Assembly: GCA_013152815.1 (NCBI GenBank)
Contig: JAADFO010000063.1
Coordinates: forward strand, 1-46,757
Direction of reading: 5' to 3'
DNA length: 46,757 nucleotides
Origin: Nanobdellati archaeon
Lineage (GTDB): Archaea > Nanobdellota > Nanobdellia > Woesearchaeales > JAADFO01
Position 1 is the stretch's first letter. Every line of letters begins with the position of its first letter. Positions 36,640 to 45,210 of the stretch are shown in pieces. Made by a program: the position numbers and the translations under genes. Below the pieces are notes generated by a model, which was given only the letters and a program-made list of their open reading frames with translations, did not search any database and was not told the origin of the DNA.

Positions 36640-36737
36640 GGTATCACCGCCTTCACGGGTTCTCTAAGGGTTTTTAAATGTTGTGTCTGTGACGGTTGCG
36701 GTCGCTTCTTGCCCGTCAGTCGATGAAGCGGGGGGAG

Positions 36738-36785
36738 GAGAGATGTTGAAATGAGGAGAGATGTTGAGGGGCAGAGAGATGTTGA
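36738..36785. repeat. Three exact GAGAGATGTTGA copies with 18-bp period
   Basis: Copies start at 36738, 36756, 36774; intergenic. Confidence 0.85.
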
Positions 36786-36835
36786 AGAAACAGTGGCTGC
36801 TTTGGCCCTGGATACCGATTGCCTCTGCCTTTTCT

Positions 36836-37219
36836 TCAGAGCCGTTGGCCGCAGACCGCGCAGAAGCTCGCCCGCACCGGCATCCTGGTGCCGCAGTTGC
36901 TGCAGACCTTCACGCCCTGGGGAGCAGGTTGGGTAGGTTCCTGTCTCTGTTGTTGCTGTTGTATCCCCTGTGCCTGTCCTGCCTGAGTTGGCTGGTTCAC
37001 TCTTGTTTTCCGGGCGTCCGGAAAGGGGCTTTTCGCGTTCCATTCAGGGACCTTGAAGCCTTCGCTCTTCTCCCTGCTGATGCGGTAGATGCCGAAGAGG
37101 ATAAGAAATACCCCTGCAAAGATGAAAAGGGCGAACTTGTTCGTCCCGGTCTTGCTGTTGAGGACAAGAGATCCTACCGTAACAAGGATGCCCGCCACCA
37201 GGAGGGTCGCTCCCCGCAT
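36836..37219 (-). CDS. Two-TM protein with Gln-rich linker and C-terminal zinc ribbon
   Basis: Two hydrophobic segments; CSNCG...ASFCAVCG; start placed at ATG 37219 after the serS stop. Confidence 0.8.
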   Translation of the reverse strand: MRGATLLVAGILVTVGSLVLNSKTGTNKFALFIFAGVFLILFGIYRISREKSEGFKVPEWNAKSPFPDARKTRVNQPTQAGQAQGIQQQQQRQEPTQPAPQGVKVCSNCGTRMPVRASFCAVCGQRL

Positions 37220-37238
37220 ATGGCTTCCTGGTCTGCCT

Positions 37239-38537
37239 TTAGGCCTTTTCCTGCTTCTTTCCATTCTTGCCGATGACCGTGATTCCATGCATGTACGGAT
37301 GCAGCGCTTTCGGGATCCCGACAGAGCCGTCCTTCTGCTGGAAATTCTCGAGTATCGCGACCATCACCCTTGTCGTGGCGATGGCTGTGCCGTTGAGCGT
37401 GTGCACTGTCCTGTTCCCCTCTTTGCTCCTGAAGCGGATGTTCAGGCGGTTCGCCTGGTAATCGGTGCAGTTGGACACCGAGACGACCTCTCTATACTTC
37501 TTCTGCACCGGCATCCACACCTCGATGTCATACTTCTTCGCGGCGACGCTGCCGATATCCCCTGTGCAGATGTTGACGACCTGATAGGGCAGTCCGAGCT
37601 TCCTGAAGAGCTCCTCTGCGTTCCTGAGGAGTTCCTCCTGCATGTTCCAGGAGTCCTCAGGCCTGCAGAACACGAACTGTTCCACCTTCGAGAACTGGTG
37701 GACACGGAATATGCCCTTGGTGTCCTTGCCGTGGGAACCCGCCTCCTTGCGGAAGCAGGGCGAGATTCCGGCCAGCCGCATGGGCAGCTGTTCCGGGAAG
37801 AGAAGCTCATCCATGTACATGGCTGCCATGGGATGCTCTGAGGTCGCGATGAGATAGAGGTCTTCTCCCTCGATCTTGTACATGACCTCTTCGAAGTCGT
37901 TGAGGTCGGTGACGCCTTCATAGGGTTGCCGTCTCATCATGAACGGCGGCTGTATCAGCGAAAAACCTTTGTCGTAGAGCTCGTCCAGGGCAAAACGTAT
38001 CAGCGCCTGCTCCAGGAGCACCAGCTCATCCTTCAGGTAATAGAACCGTGCACCGGCAATCTTCGCAGCCCGCTCCAGGTCAGCGAGGTCATGCCGTTCC
38101 ATGAGATCGACGTGGGACATGAGCGGGAAGCTTTTCTCTGTCACCTTTCCTACCTTGCGGATGACCTGGTTGCCTTCTTCGCCATCTCCATAGGGGACCG
38201 ACTCATGGAGGATGTTCGGCAGGGACATGAGGATCCTGCGTATGTCCTTCCGCAGGACATCCTGCTCCTCCTCAATCTCTGCTATCCTCGGGGGTATCTT
38301 CTTTGCCTTCGCAAGCTCTTTCGCTGCATCTTTTCCTTCTTTCTTCAGCCGGGCTATCTCTTTGGTGAGTGCGTTGCGCTGATGACGGAGCTGTTCTGAT
38401 TCCTGTATCAGGGAACGGTGCTTCCTGTCGATGGCAAGTGCTTCATCGATGAGCGCGATCTTCGCGGTATCTTTTCTTTTCTCCAGATCCTTGCGGATGA
38501 GGTCAGGAGATTCCCGCAGCATCCTGATGTTGAGCAT
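37239..38537 (-). CDS. serS: Seryl-tRNA synthetase (bacterial/standard type)
   Basis: N-terminal coiled coil, LIATSEHP, CFRKEAGSHG, FRVHQFSKVEQF, EVVSVSNCTDYQ, HTLNGT. Confidence 0.98.
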   Translation of the reverse strand: MLNIRMLRESPDLIRKDLEKRKDTAKIALIDEALAIDRKHRSLIQESEQLRHQRNALTKEIARLKKEGKDAAKELAKAKKIPPRIAEIEEEQDVLRKDIRRILMSLPNILHESVPYGDGEEGNQVIRKVGKVTEKSFPLMSHVDLMERHDLADLERAAKIAGARFYYLKDELVLLEQALIRFALDELYDKGFSLIQPPFMMRRQPYEGVTDLNDFEEVMYKIEGEDLYLIATSEHPMAAMYMDELLFPEQLPMRLAGISPCFRKEAGSHGKDTKGIFRVHQFSKVEQFVFCRPEDSWNMQEELLRNAEELFRKLGLPYQVVNICTGDIGSVAAKKYDIEVWMPVQKKYREVVSVSNCTDYQANRLNIRFRSKEGNRTVHTLNGTAIATTRVMVAILENFQQKDGSVGIPKALHPYMHGITVIGKNGKKQEKA

Positions 38538-38608
38538 GGGACAAAAAGAGAAAGAGACATATAAATAGGTTTGGGTCAGTTGTCAGTCAGCCCATGAACG
38601 ATCCACCG

Positions 38609-40492
38609 TCAACCCAGGACGCGGACATCCTCCCGTTCGGTCAGGGCCTCTGCGAGGAGCCGTCCTATCTTGTTCTTCTTGCTTATCTTGATCATGCCGG
38701 ACTTGCCTGCCTTCGCCGACATGAGATAGTCGTCTCCCAGAAAGATGTCCACGTCCTTCTTCGCTCCCTGATGGTCCAGCATCAGCTGCACGTGGTTCTT
38801 GGTCATCTTCACCTGATACGGAAAAACCCGTTTTCCACTGCTGTCCTTCGGCGGCCTGCTCTCCTGCAGCGTGTCCAGGGACTTGACGTCGAGCTTGATC
38901 CCCAGCTGGGCTTCCATCTCCTGGATGTTCTTCCCCTGTTTCCCTATGACCGCGGCAATCTTCCCTTCGGGCACGAAGACGACGGCCTTATGGTCGCTGA
39001 TCATGTCGACCTTGACCCTGTCTGAATACCGGTAGAAGCTCTTCTCGATGCTCTGTTCAGCAAGGTGATGGGCAGGTTTCTTTGTATCGCCATAGCCCAT
39101 GACAGGGACCACGACGGTCTCTTCGCCATAGGTGTACAGTTCATATTCTGCCTTGCCGGTCATGAAATCCTGCACGACCACTATCGGGCGGGCAAGGTCT
39201 GCTTCGGTCATGCCGGCAGGGACCTTCACGGTCATGGTGAGCGAGAGTATCTTCTCGGGGTTCCCGTTCTTGATGAAGATGACCGTGTCGATGATCTGGG
39301 GGATGACTCCCAGCTCTATCCTGCCGACAAAGCGCTGGACCGCGTCCACCGGGTTCGTCGCGTGGACGATGCCGACCATGCCCACGCCCGACAGGCGAAG
39401 ATCAGCGAAGAGCCTGAAATCGTCGGTGTTCCTCATCTCATCAAAGATGGTATAGTCCGGCCTGGTCAGGAGCAGGATGTCGTGGATCTCCTGGTTGCCC
39501 CCCTGGCTCATGGAATACTGGGTGACATTGTCCGGCAGGGAAAGGTCGCGGGGAGCCTCGATGGTCTTCACGATCTTGTCCGAGGAGGCATAATGCTCTG
39601 CCAAGGCCTGGGCAAAGGTGGACTTGCCATGTCCTGGCGCTCCTGCGATCAGGATGCCTTCTGCGTGGGAGATGATGCGTTGGCGAAGCTTCTCCGGCAG
39701 TTCATACTCGTCCAGGGTAAGTTTCCTCACCGGTCTCACTGCGGTGATCTCCCAGCCGTCTGAGAATGCGGGTTTGGTGATGACGATCCTGAACTTGCCC
39801 AGTTGGACGATGGTCGATCCCGGCCGTTCGATCTCCAGAAAGCCATCCCGTCGTATCGATGCCTCTTCGATGATCTCCCTTGAGATCTCCTGGATGAGCT
39901 CCCTGGTCAGTTTCTTCTTGTTCACTTCGACGAAGGTCCATTCCCCTGGATGCCCTTTCTTCGCGTAGGGCACCACATTCTCCCGCAGATGGACGCTCAT
40001 GGTGGTCTTGTCGAAGTAGGATTCCAGGAGGAGCTTCTTGTGGAGCTTCTCTATCTGGATGAAGATGATGGACATGCCCTTCGCTATGGCGACTTCCTTC
40101 TGCACGTTGTCTCCGGTGAAAAGACAGCCTCCTTCGTCATAGGCCAGGTCCCTGATGAGCGCATCGATCTCTCCCATATTCGCGAACTTGATCTCTGCTG
40201 CCGACGGCTTCCTGCCGCCGAAGGCCAGCTCAAAGCCATAGGTCGAAGAGAGCTCTCTGAGCCGGGAGATCTCCTTGAGACCAAGATAGCCGGTCTCCTT
40301 GTTCTCGTTGGCCTGATGTTCCAGTTCTGAAAGGACTGCTTCATGGATGATGATCTTCTTTGGCGTGATCTTGCCTTTCTTCAGGTGGTCTGAGACCAAC
40401 CCTTCCACCAGGACAGATGTGTCGGGGATGAGCTTCTCCACCTCTTGCTCTGGCTCTGGGGCTTTTTTTTGTGGTTTTGGTGATTTTGCCAT
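38609..40492 (-). CDS. PIN-domain/PilT-like ATPase/KH protein (PINA family)
   Basis: IPDTSVL PIN start, GAPGHGKST Walker A, FDEMR, AVIGKQGKNI KH motif. Confidence 0.92.
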   Translation of the reverse strand: MAKSPKPQKKAPEPEQEVEKLIPDTSVLVEGLVSDHLKKGKITPKKIIIHEAVLSELEHQANENKETGYLGLKEISRLRELSSTYGFELAFGGRKPSAAEIKFANMGEIDALIRDLAYDEGGCLFTGDNVQKEVAIAKGMSIIFIQIEKLHKKLLLESYFDKTTMSVHLRENVVPYAKKGHPGEWTFVEVNKKKLTRELIQEISREIIEEASIRRDGFLEIERPGSTIVQLGKFRIVITKPAFSDGWEITAVRPVRKLTLDEYELPEKLRQRIISHAEGILIAGAPGHGKSTFAQALAEHYASSDKIVKTIEAPRDLSLPDNVTQYSMSQGGNQEIHDILLLTRPDYTIFDEMRNTDDFRLFADLRLSGVGMVGIVHATNPVDAVQRFVGRIELGVIPQIIDTVIFIKNGNPEKILSLTMTVKVPAGMTEADLARPIVVVQDFMTGKAEYELYTYGEETVVVPVMGYGDTKKPAHHLAEQSIEKSFYRYSDRVKVDMISDHKAVVFVPEGKIAAVIGKQGKNIQEMEAQLGIKLDVKSLDTLQESRPPKDSSGKRVFPYQVKMTKNHVQLMLDHQGAKKDVDIFLGDDYLMSAKAGKSGMIKISKKNKIGRLLAEALTEREDVRVLG

Positions 40493-40551
40493 TTTACCTA
40501 TCTTCTCTTCCTGAGATTTATATAGTTTTAGCAGCGAGACAAGAATGGCAG

Positions 40552-40589
40552 AGAAGAAATAGGAAGAGCGAAGAAGAAATAGGAAGAGC
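40552..40589. repeat. 18-bp direct repeat AGAAGAAATAGGAAGAGC x2 (pyrimidine-rich on minus strand, possible terminator region)
   Basis: Copies at 40552 and 40572, between two minus-strand genes. Confidence 0.7.
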
Positions 40590-40639
40590 AGAGAATGATC
40601 GGTATGGTGGTTGCTTCTTCTGTTCTCTTCTTTTGTCCC

Positions 40640-42736
40640 TTACCTCCGTCTTCCTGCACGGAGGACGATGAAGAGCGTCACCAGGAAGAAGGCCAGCGCG
40701 ACCAGAAGCATGGCCGGAAGATAATTTCCCATGGACCGCAGCATCCTCGATGCCCGTATCTCGACGCTGTCCATCAGATTTACCTTGTCCATCCTCACTG
40801 TTATTTCCCGGTGCGTTCCATAGTCTCGTCCCCGCTCGTCGCTGAAGCCCACCGAGAGGTTGAAGGTGTTGTTTCCTGGTTCCAGTCCCTTGGCCACCAT
40901 GTTCAGGGCGAACTGTTTATCCCCATGGAGTGCGTCCACCTGCCATGTCCGGTCATAGGAGTCGCTGCGGAGCCGTATGGTGAGATTCTTCGGGTCAGAG
41001 GAAGATCCCTTCTTCAGGAGAAAATCGATGTCATAAGGCTGCTTATACTGGACTGTCTTCGGAATCTTCACCTTTTCGATGGAGAGCGCTGGTTCGTCAT
41101 AGACCTCGACGGTCATCTGTTCGAGCATCTCCTTTCCTTCCTGCCCTAGCCGGACGAAGAGCTCTTTCCTTCCCGGAGTGTCGGGGATGTAGGTGAGATT
41201 GCTCTTCTGCTCCTGGGCGATGGGAAGGGTGAAATGGGTGCACCGGTCCAGGCAGAGGGTCATGTTCCGGAGCAGCACATTCCCCCTGTTCTTGACCGTG
41301 CAGCCGATGCGGAGCGTCTCGTTGAGATAGACAAATGATGTTTCAGGGACACAGGTGAGGACGGTCTCCTCTTCAGGGGAAGCTTTTGCTCTGGAGCGTT
41401 CCCGCTCTCTTCCCTGTTCTGCATAGGCCAGGGCATCCTTCTTGCTGATGAACGATCGGCCCTTTCTCGCCCTGAAGATCCCCTGGACGCTGTTGTTGGT
41501 GTTGGTGGCTGCACCGACCGTGAACGTGTAGATGAATTGGTCGTCCAGGGACTGGACCTGGAAAAGGTAATACGCTGTGACAGCTTCCGACGGCCTGACA
41601 AGCACATGCTGGGTCTGTGGCCCGATCAGGGTCACTCCTTTGGAGCGTTGATAGGTCAACCGCAACGGAACATAGGACGACCCGAGGTTCTTCGCCTTCA
41701 CTTCCATGACATTGTAAGAGCCGAGGTCGACCTCCTCCCTGAGGAAAGCCATGCTCAGTGCCACCTTCTTTTCTGACGGGCCATCGAAGCCTGTTACGTT
41801 CACCTGCTCGTCCAGCGGCGATGCCTGAAGGTCGATGTCCCTGCCTTTCCAATGATAGCGGGTGGAACCGGCCTTGGTGTCCTTGTCGTGTTTGAGTTCG
41901 ATGTGGGATGCATCGACGAATCCATACTCCTGATAGCTGATGTCAAAGGGCACCCATCCGAAGCCAGGGAAATAGACCTCTGCCCAGCCGTGGGGGCTGA
42001 AACCTTCGTCGAAGACCTCATAGTCGGTGTAGGCGAGGCCGGAGACATATCTCGCCGGAACTCCGAGGGAGCGCATCATGGCGATGAAGAGCGTCGAGAG
42101 CTCGTCACAGACACCTTTCCTGTTCTCCAATACCCATGATGCCTTCTGGGACGCGTCCGCCGTCAGCGTCGACAGGCTGTACTTGATGTTCTCCTCTACC
42201 CAGGTGGCCACGGTGAAGGCGACATCGTAGAGGTCGTCCTTTCCGGTGGCGAGTTCAGATGCCCTTATCATGATGTCCGGGTCGGCAGCGTCCACATTCG
42301 GCGTCGGCAGGGTATAGCTCTTTATTTCTTCCGAGAGATTTCTCACCGGGAACGCGACTTTTCTGCTTATCCTGGGAAAATGATGGTCTGTGGAGATGTC
42401 CGCGCTCACCGAGAAGGTCAGCCGATCCTGGTCCGGGTCTGAGAACTCGAAGATGAGGTGATCCTTCCCTGTCACCGATCCCGGCCGGGTGACCATATCC
42501 CTCACCTGTTGCCTCTCTGTCTGCCGCGGAAAACTGCTGAGGTTCACCCTTACACTCTGGAGAAGGCTGTCAGCTGATTTTGCTATCACCTTCAGGGTTC
42601 CGGTCATGACGATGGTCGCGTTCATGCCCGACGCGGTATAATACGGTTGTGCTGTCGTGATGGACGTGAAGAGCGTGACCAGTAAGAGAAGAAGCGACAG
42701 CAGGGCCAGCCTATGAGCAAGGGACACCTCTTTCAT
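40640..42736 (-). CDS. Exported transglutaminase-like protein with Ig-like domains and C-terminal TM
   Basis: Signal peptide; GVCDELSTLF, HGWAEVY, WVPFDIS Cys-His-Asp triad; C-terminal TM plus RRR. Confidence 0.9.
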   Translation of the reverse strand: MKEVSLAHRLALLSLLLLLVTLFTSITTAQPYYTASGMNATIVMTGTLKVIAKSADSLLQSVRVNLSSFPRQTERQQVRDMVTRPGSVTGKDHLIFEFSDPDQDRLTFSVSADISTDHHFPRISRKVAFPVRNLSEEIKSYTLPTPNVDAADPDIMIRASELATGKDDLYDVAFTVATWVEENIKYSLSTLTADASQKASWVLENRKGVCDELSTLFIAMMRSLGVPARYVSGLAYTDYEVFDEGFSPHGWAEVYFPGFGWVPFDISYQEYGFVDASHIELKHDKDTKAGSTRYHWKGRDIDLQASPLDEQVNVTGFDGPSEKKVALSMAFLREEVDLGSYNVMEVKAKNLGSSYVPLRLTYQRSKGVTLIGPQTQHVLVRPSEAVTAYYLFQVQSLDDQFIYTFTVGAATNTNNSVQGIFRARKGRSFISKKDALAYAEQGRERERSRAKASPEEETVLTCVPETSFVYLNETLRIGCTVKNRGNVLLRNMTLCLDRCTHFTLPIAQEQKSNLTYIPDTPGRKELFVRLGQEGKEMLEQMTVEVYDEPALSIEKVKIPKTVQYKQPYDIDFLLKKGSSSDPKNLTIRLRSDSYDRTWQVDALHGDKQFALNMVAKGLEPGNNTFNLSVGFSDERGRDYGTHREITVRMDKVNLMDSVEIRASRMLRSMGNYLPAMLLVALAFFLVTLFIVLRAGRRR

Positions 42737-43233
42737 CGGTGAAATCCCCTCTCTGTGGCTATTTAATTGTTTCGCTCAGAAGGACTATTATGAGATCCTC
42801 TGCTTTTTTGCCGAATGCATGATCGTCTGTGCCATCGATGTCAGCATTTCCGACTGAAAGGAGGACAATGATGGCTGGCCAGACGTAATCGACGGGGTTC
42901 GTATACAACGTATACGGTTCCCTTTGGTGCCAGCAACTTGTTGCTGAGCATCGTCGATGGAGTAGGTCATGCATTGGGCATGCTCTTGCAGGGTCTCATA
43001 GCAGCCGCTCAGAAGGATGTTGTAGACAGTCACGCTGATACGTGGCCAGCATCAAGCCGGTCGCAGATTTCCTAATCTGCGGAATGTTTTCCTGGCGAGG
43101 GGTCTTTTCCGAAAGATATTCCTTCCCTTCCGGAAACCCATCGTCCTCGTCGAGAACCTTCTGTCTTTTCGTCAGAAAACCAGTTCTTCATTCCTTTCTT
43201 TCCTCGTTGCCATAACTCTGCGAGGTGCGGGAC

Positions 43234-43839
43234 ATGGAAAAGAGTAAACAGAGTAAACAGGCGATATATCTGATCATGACGACAGAACTGGTCAAGGAGA
43301 AGCAAGAGCAGCCATCGGACCGGCGTGACGACAGCGCCTCTGCATCGACCTCTGCCGGCGAATCAGGCCAGTCCAACGAATCCATCGTCCTCTATGAACC
43401 GATGATCAAGGCGGCGAATCTCAATGATGTGCTGAAGTGGAACATGATCGAGCTGAAGGACTACATGCTCAACAACGAACCAGACCTTGTGGGAGACATG
43501 TATCAGAAGGGACCTCAGGAGACTGCAACTGTTGTCAGGGACTTCTATCAAAAGGTCACTGAGAATCCCGGGCGTTTCCGGGCAGACCTCTATCTCTTCC
43601 CCAAGGATACAGGAGAAACAGTAAAGATCATGGTTCGGCCGTTCGATACGGTGGCTGATTTCGCAGACCGTGTCATCGGTGAACAGACGCCCGACATCGA
43701 TGGAATGGAACTCACCGACAAGGTCCTTGCAGGCATGTTCCTTCTGGTCGACGGTCTTGGCAGTCTTGGCAGTCTTAGCAATGCGCCACGAATGGATGCA
43801 CCCAACCTGTATCGGTTGCTTGCAGCCTACGGGCAGTGA
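43234..43839 (+). CDS. Putative ubiquitin-like (beta-grasp) modifier precursor
   Basis: LYLFPKDTGETVKIMVRPFDTVADFADRV resembles the ubiquitin N-terminus; Gly-rich DGLGSLG and terminal YGQ; first gene of an operon with E2-like and E1 genes. Start uncertain (43225/43234/43276). Confidence 0.5.
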   Translation: MEKSKQSKQAIYLIMTTELVKEKQEQPSDRRDDSASASTSAGESGQSNESIVLYEPMIKAANLNDVLKWNMIELKDYMLNNEPDLVGDMYQKGPQETATVVRDFYQKVTENPGRFRADLYLFPKDTGETVKIMVRPFDTVADFADRVIGEQTPDIDGMELTDKVLAGMFLLVDGLGSLGSLSNAPRMDAPNLYRLLAAYGQ

Positions 43840-43854
43840 GGTGCTTCTCTGCCC

Positions 43855-45210
43855 ATGCTCACCCTCACCAGCCAGACACCGTTCAGCAGCACGCTAGGTC
43901 AGGGGTATGGCTATGTTCTCATGGGATCCCAGCTGTTCACGCTTGATGATAGGCGGAACGGTCTTGCACGCCATGTCTTCACCGATGGTCAGGTCTACTG
44001 GTTTCAGGGCGGTCTCAATTATGATACCCTGGAAAAACGGATCATCACCAACAATCTTCCCTCCATCCTTGCTGAAGTGAACGATCAGCTGGCCGAGGAA
44101 GCAGCCAGCGGAACCAAGGATCGGCTCAGAGCAGACACCATCCGTGCCTCTTTCAAGCATCTCACTCCGCAAACCTATGAGCAGTATATCCTCCAGCACA
44201 TTCTCGGGAGCTATGATGTTCCTCTCAGGGCATCTCCCGGCAGGTGCACATCATCTGCTGCAAATGAGTGGAGGATCACCGGTCGGGATCTGCTCAGTCG
44301 TCTTCCCATCCTCACTCCACCATACCAGGATACTGCTCTCTATTTTCATCAGGACCTCGTGGATCTGTTCTCTCTTCGGAAAACAAACGACACTTCTGTT
44401 GTTTCTTGGCAGACTGCTCGGCAGCAGGTGATGCAGGCGGTGGCTAATCTCATCAGTTCGAAACAGCGGCTTCAGCCTCAATACATCGCTCTTGGTTCTA
44501 CAAAGCTCTTCAGGAAGTCGACCCTGAGCATCGACATGTTCCTGCAGGAATATGAGCAGCGCTATCAGGGGATCCTTGATGATCTCATCCGGACAAGCAC
44601 CGCAAAGGTGGATAAGTTGAAGATGGTCGCTGCTCAGGACTATCAGCAGAGCAGTGACCAGTTGCGTGCGCTCAGTCGGGGACGTGCCCATCAGCAGGAT
44701 AAGGATCCTATCTGGTACGAACGGCTGACTGACAAGACCTTTCATCTTTTCCTGCGCATACCTCCCTTTGTGATGGTCTCAAGCGAGACCTACTATTATT
44801 TCAAAAGACCTGTCACCGTCAGGATGAAGATATCTTTCGCTGATAGCCACGGAAGTGTGGAACTTCCTCGGATCATCCATCCTCTGAAGTATGTTCATCC
44901 GTTCGTTTATTCCCCTTCAGCCGATGTCAAGGGACAAAGCATCTGCTTCAATAGTGGTTCTTCCTTGACTTCCTTGGGGGTCCGGTTGCACGATACCCCT
45001 GTCCACGGCATGGATGACCCTTCTTTTGCAAGGAATGTCCTCCTGCTTCTCAAGAAGACCGTCAACGGCCTGACGTCGGGCTATGTTGAGGGAGTGAAAC
45101 CTGTCCATAACTTGAGCGCTTTCTCTGACTTGGCTGTTCCTCCCTCTGAGATACCTTCCCACGTGCCTGTCTACTATCAGGACACCATGGACTGGGGCGG
45201 TCAGCGATGA
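43855..45210 (+). CDS. Protein with C-terminal E2/UBC-like domain and long N-terminal extension
   Basis: LFLRIPPF...LPRII...VHPFVY...GQSICF (His348-Pro, Cys364) resembles the E2 HPN..G.ICL core; GAGGTG RBS; ATGA overlap with E1. Confidence 0.6.
   Translation: MLTLTSQTPFSSTLGQGYGYVLMGSQLFTLDDRRNGLARHVFTDGQVYWFQGGLNYDTLEKRIITNNLPSILAEVNDQLAEEAASGTKDRLRADTIRASFKHLTPQTYEQYILQHILGSYDVPLRASPGRCTSSAANEWRITGRDLLSRLPILTPPYQDTALYFHQDLVDLFSLRKTNDTSVVSWQTARQQVMQAVANLISSKQRLQPQYIALGSTKLFRKSTLSIDMFLQEYEQRYQGILDDLIRTSTAKVDKLKMVAAQDYQQSSDQLRALSRGRAHQQDKDPIWYERLTDKTFHLFLRIPPFVMVSSETYYYFKRPVTVRMKISFADSHGSVELPRIIHPLKYVHPFVYSPSADVKGQSICFNSGSSLTSLGVRLHDTPVHGMDDPSFARNVLLLLKKTVNGLTSGYVEGVKPVHNLSAFSDLAVPPSEIPSHVPVYYQDTMDWGGQR

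Noticed and set aside
36738..36785. Possible CRISPR mini-array
   Set aside because: 12-bp repeats with 6-bp spacers are far too short, and there are no cas genes; no CRISPR array was seen anywhere in the window
40640..42736. Transglutaminase as the deconjugase or ligase of the neighbouring Ubl operon
   Set aside because: It has a signal peptide and C-terminal anchor, so it is extracytoplasmic, and it is divergent and ~500 bp away
42759..43200. Short ORFs between the transglutaminase gene and the Ubl operon, checked for a JAB peptidase or RING protein
   Set aside because: No HxH..S..D or RING Cys/His pattern and no clear RBS or promoter
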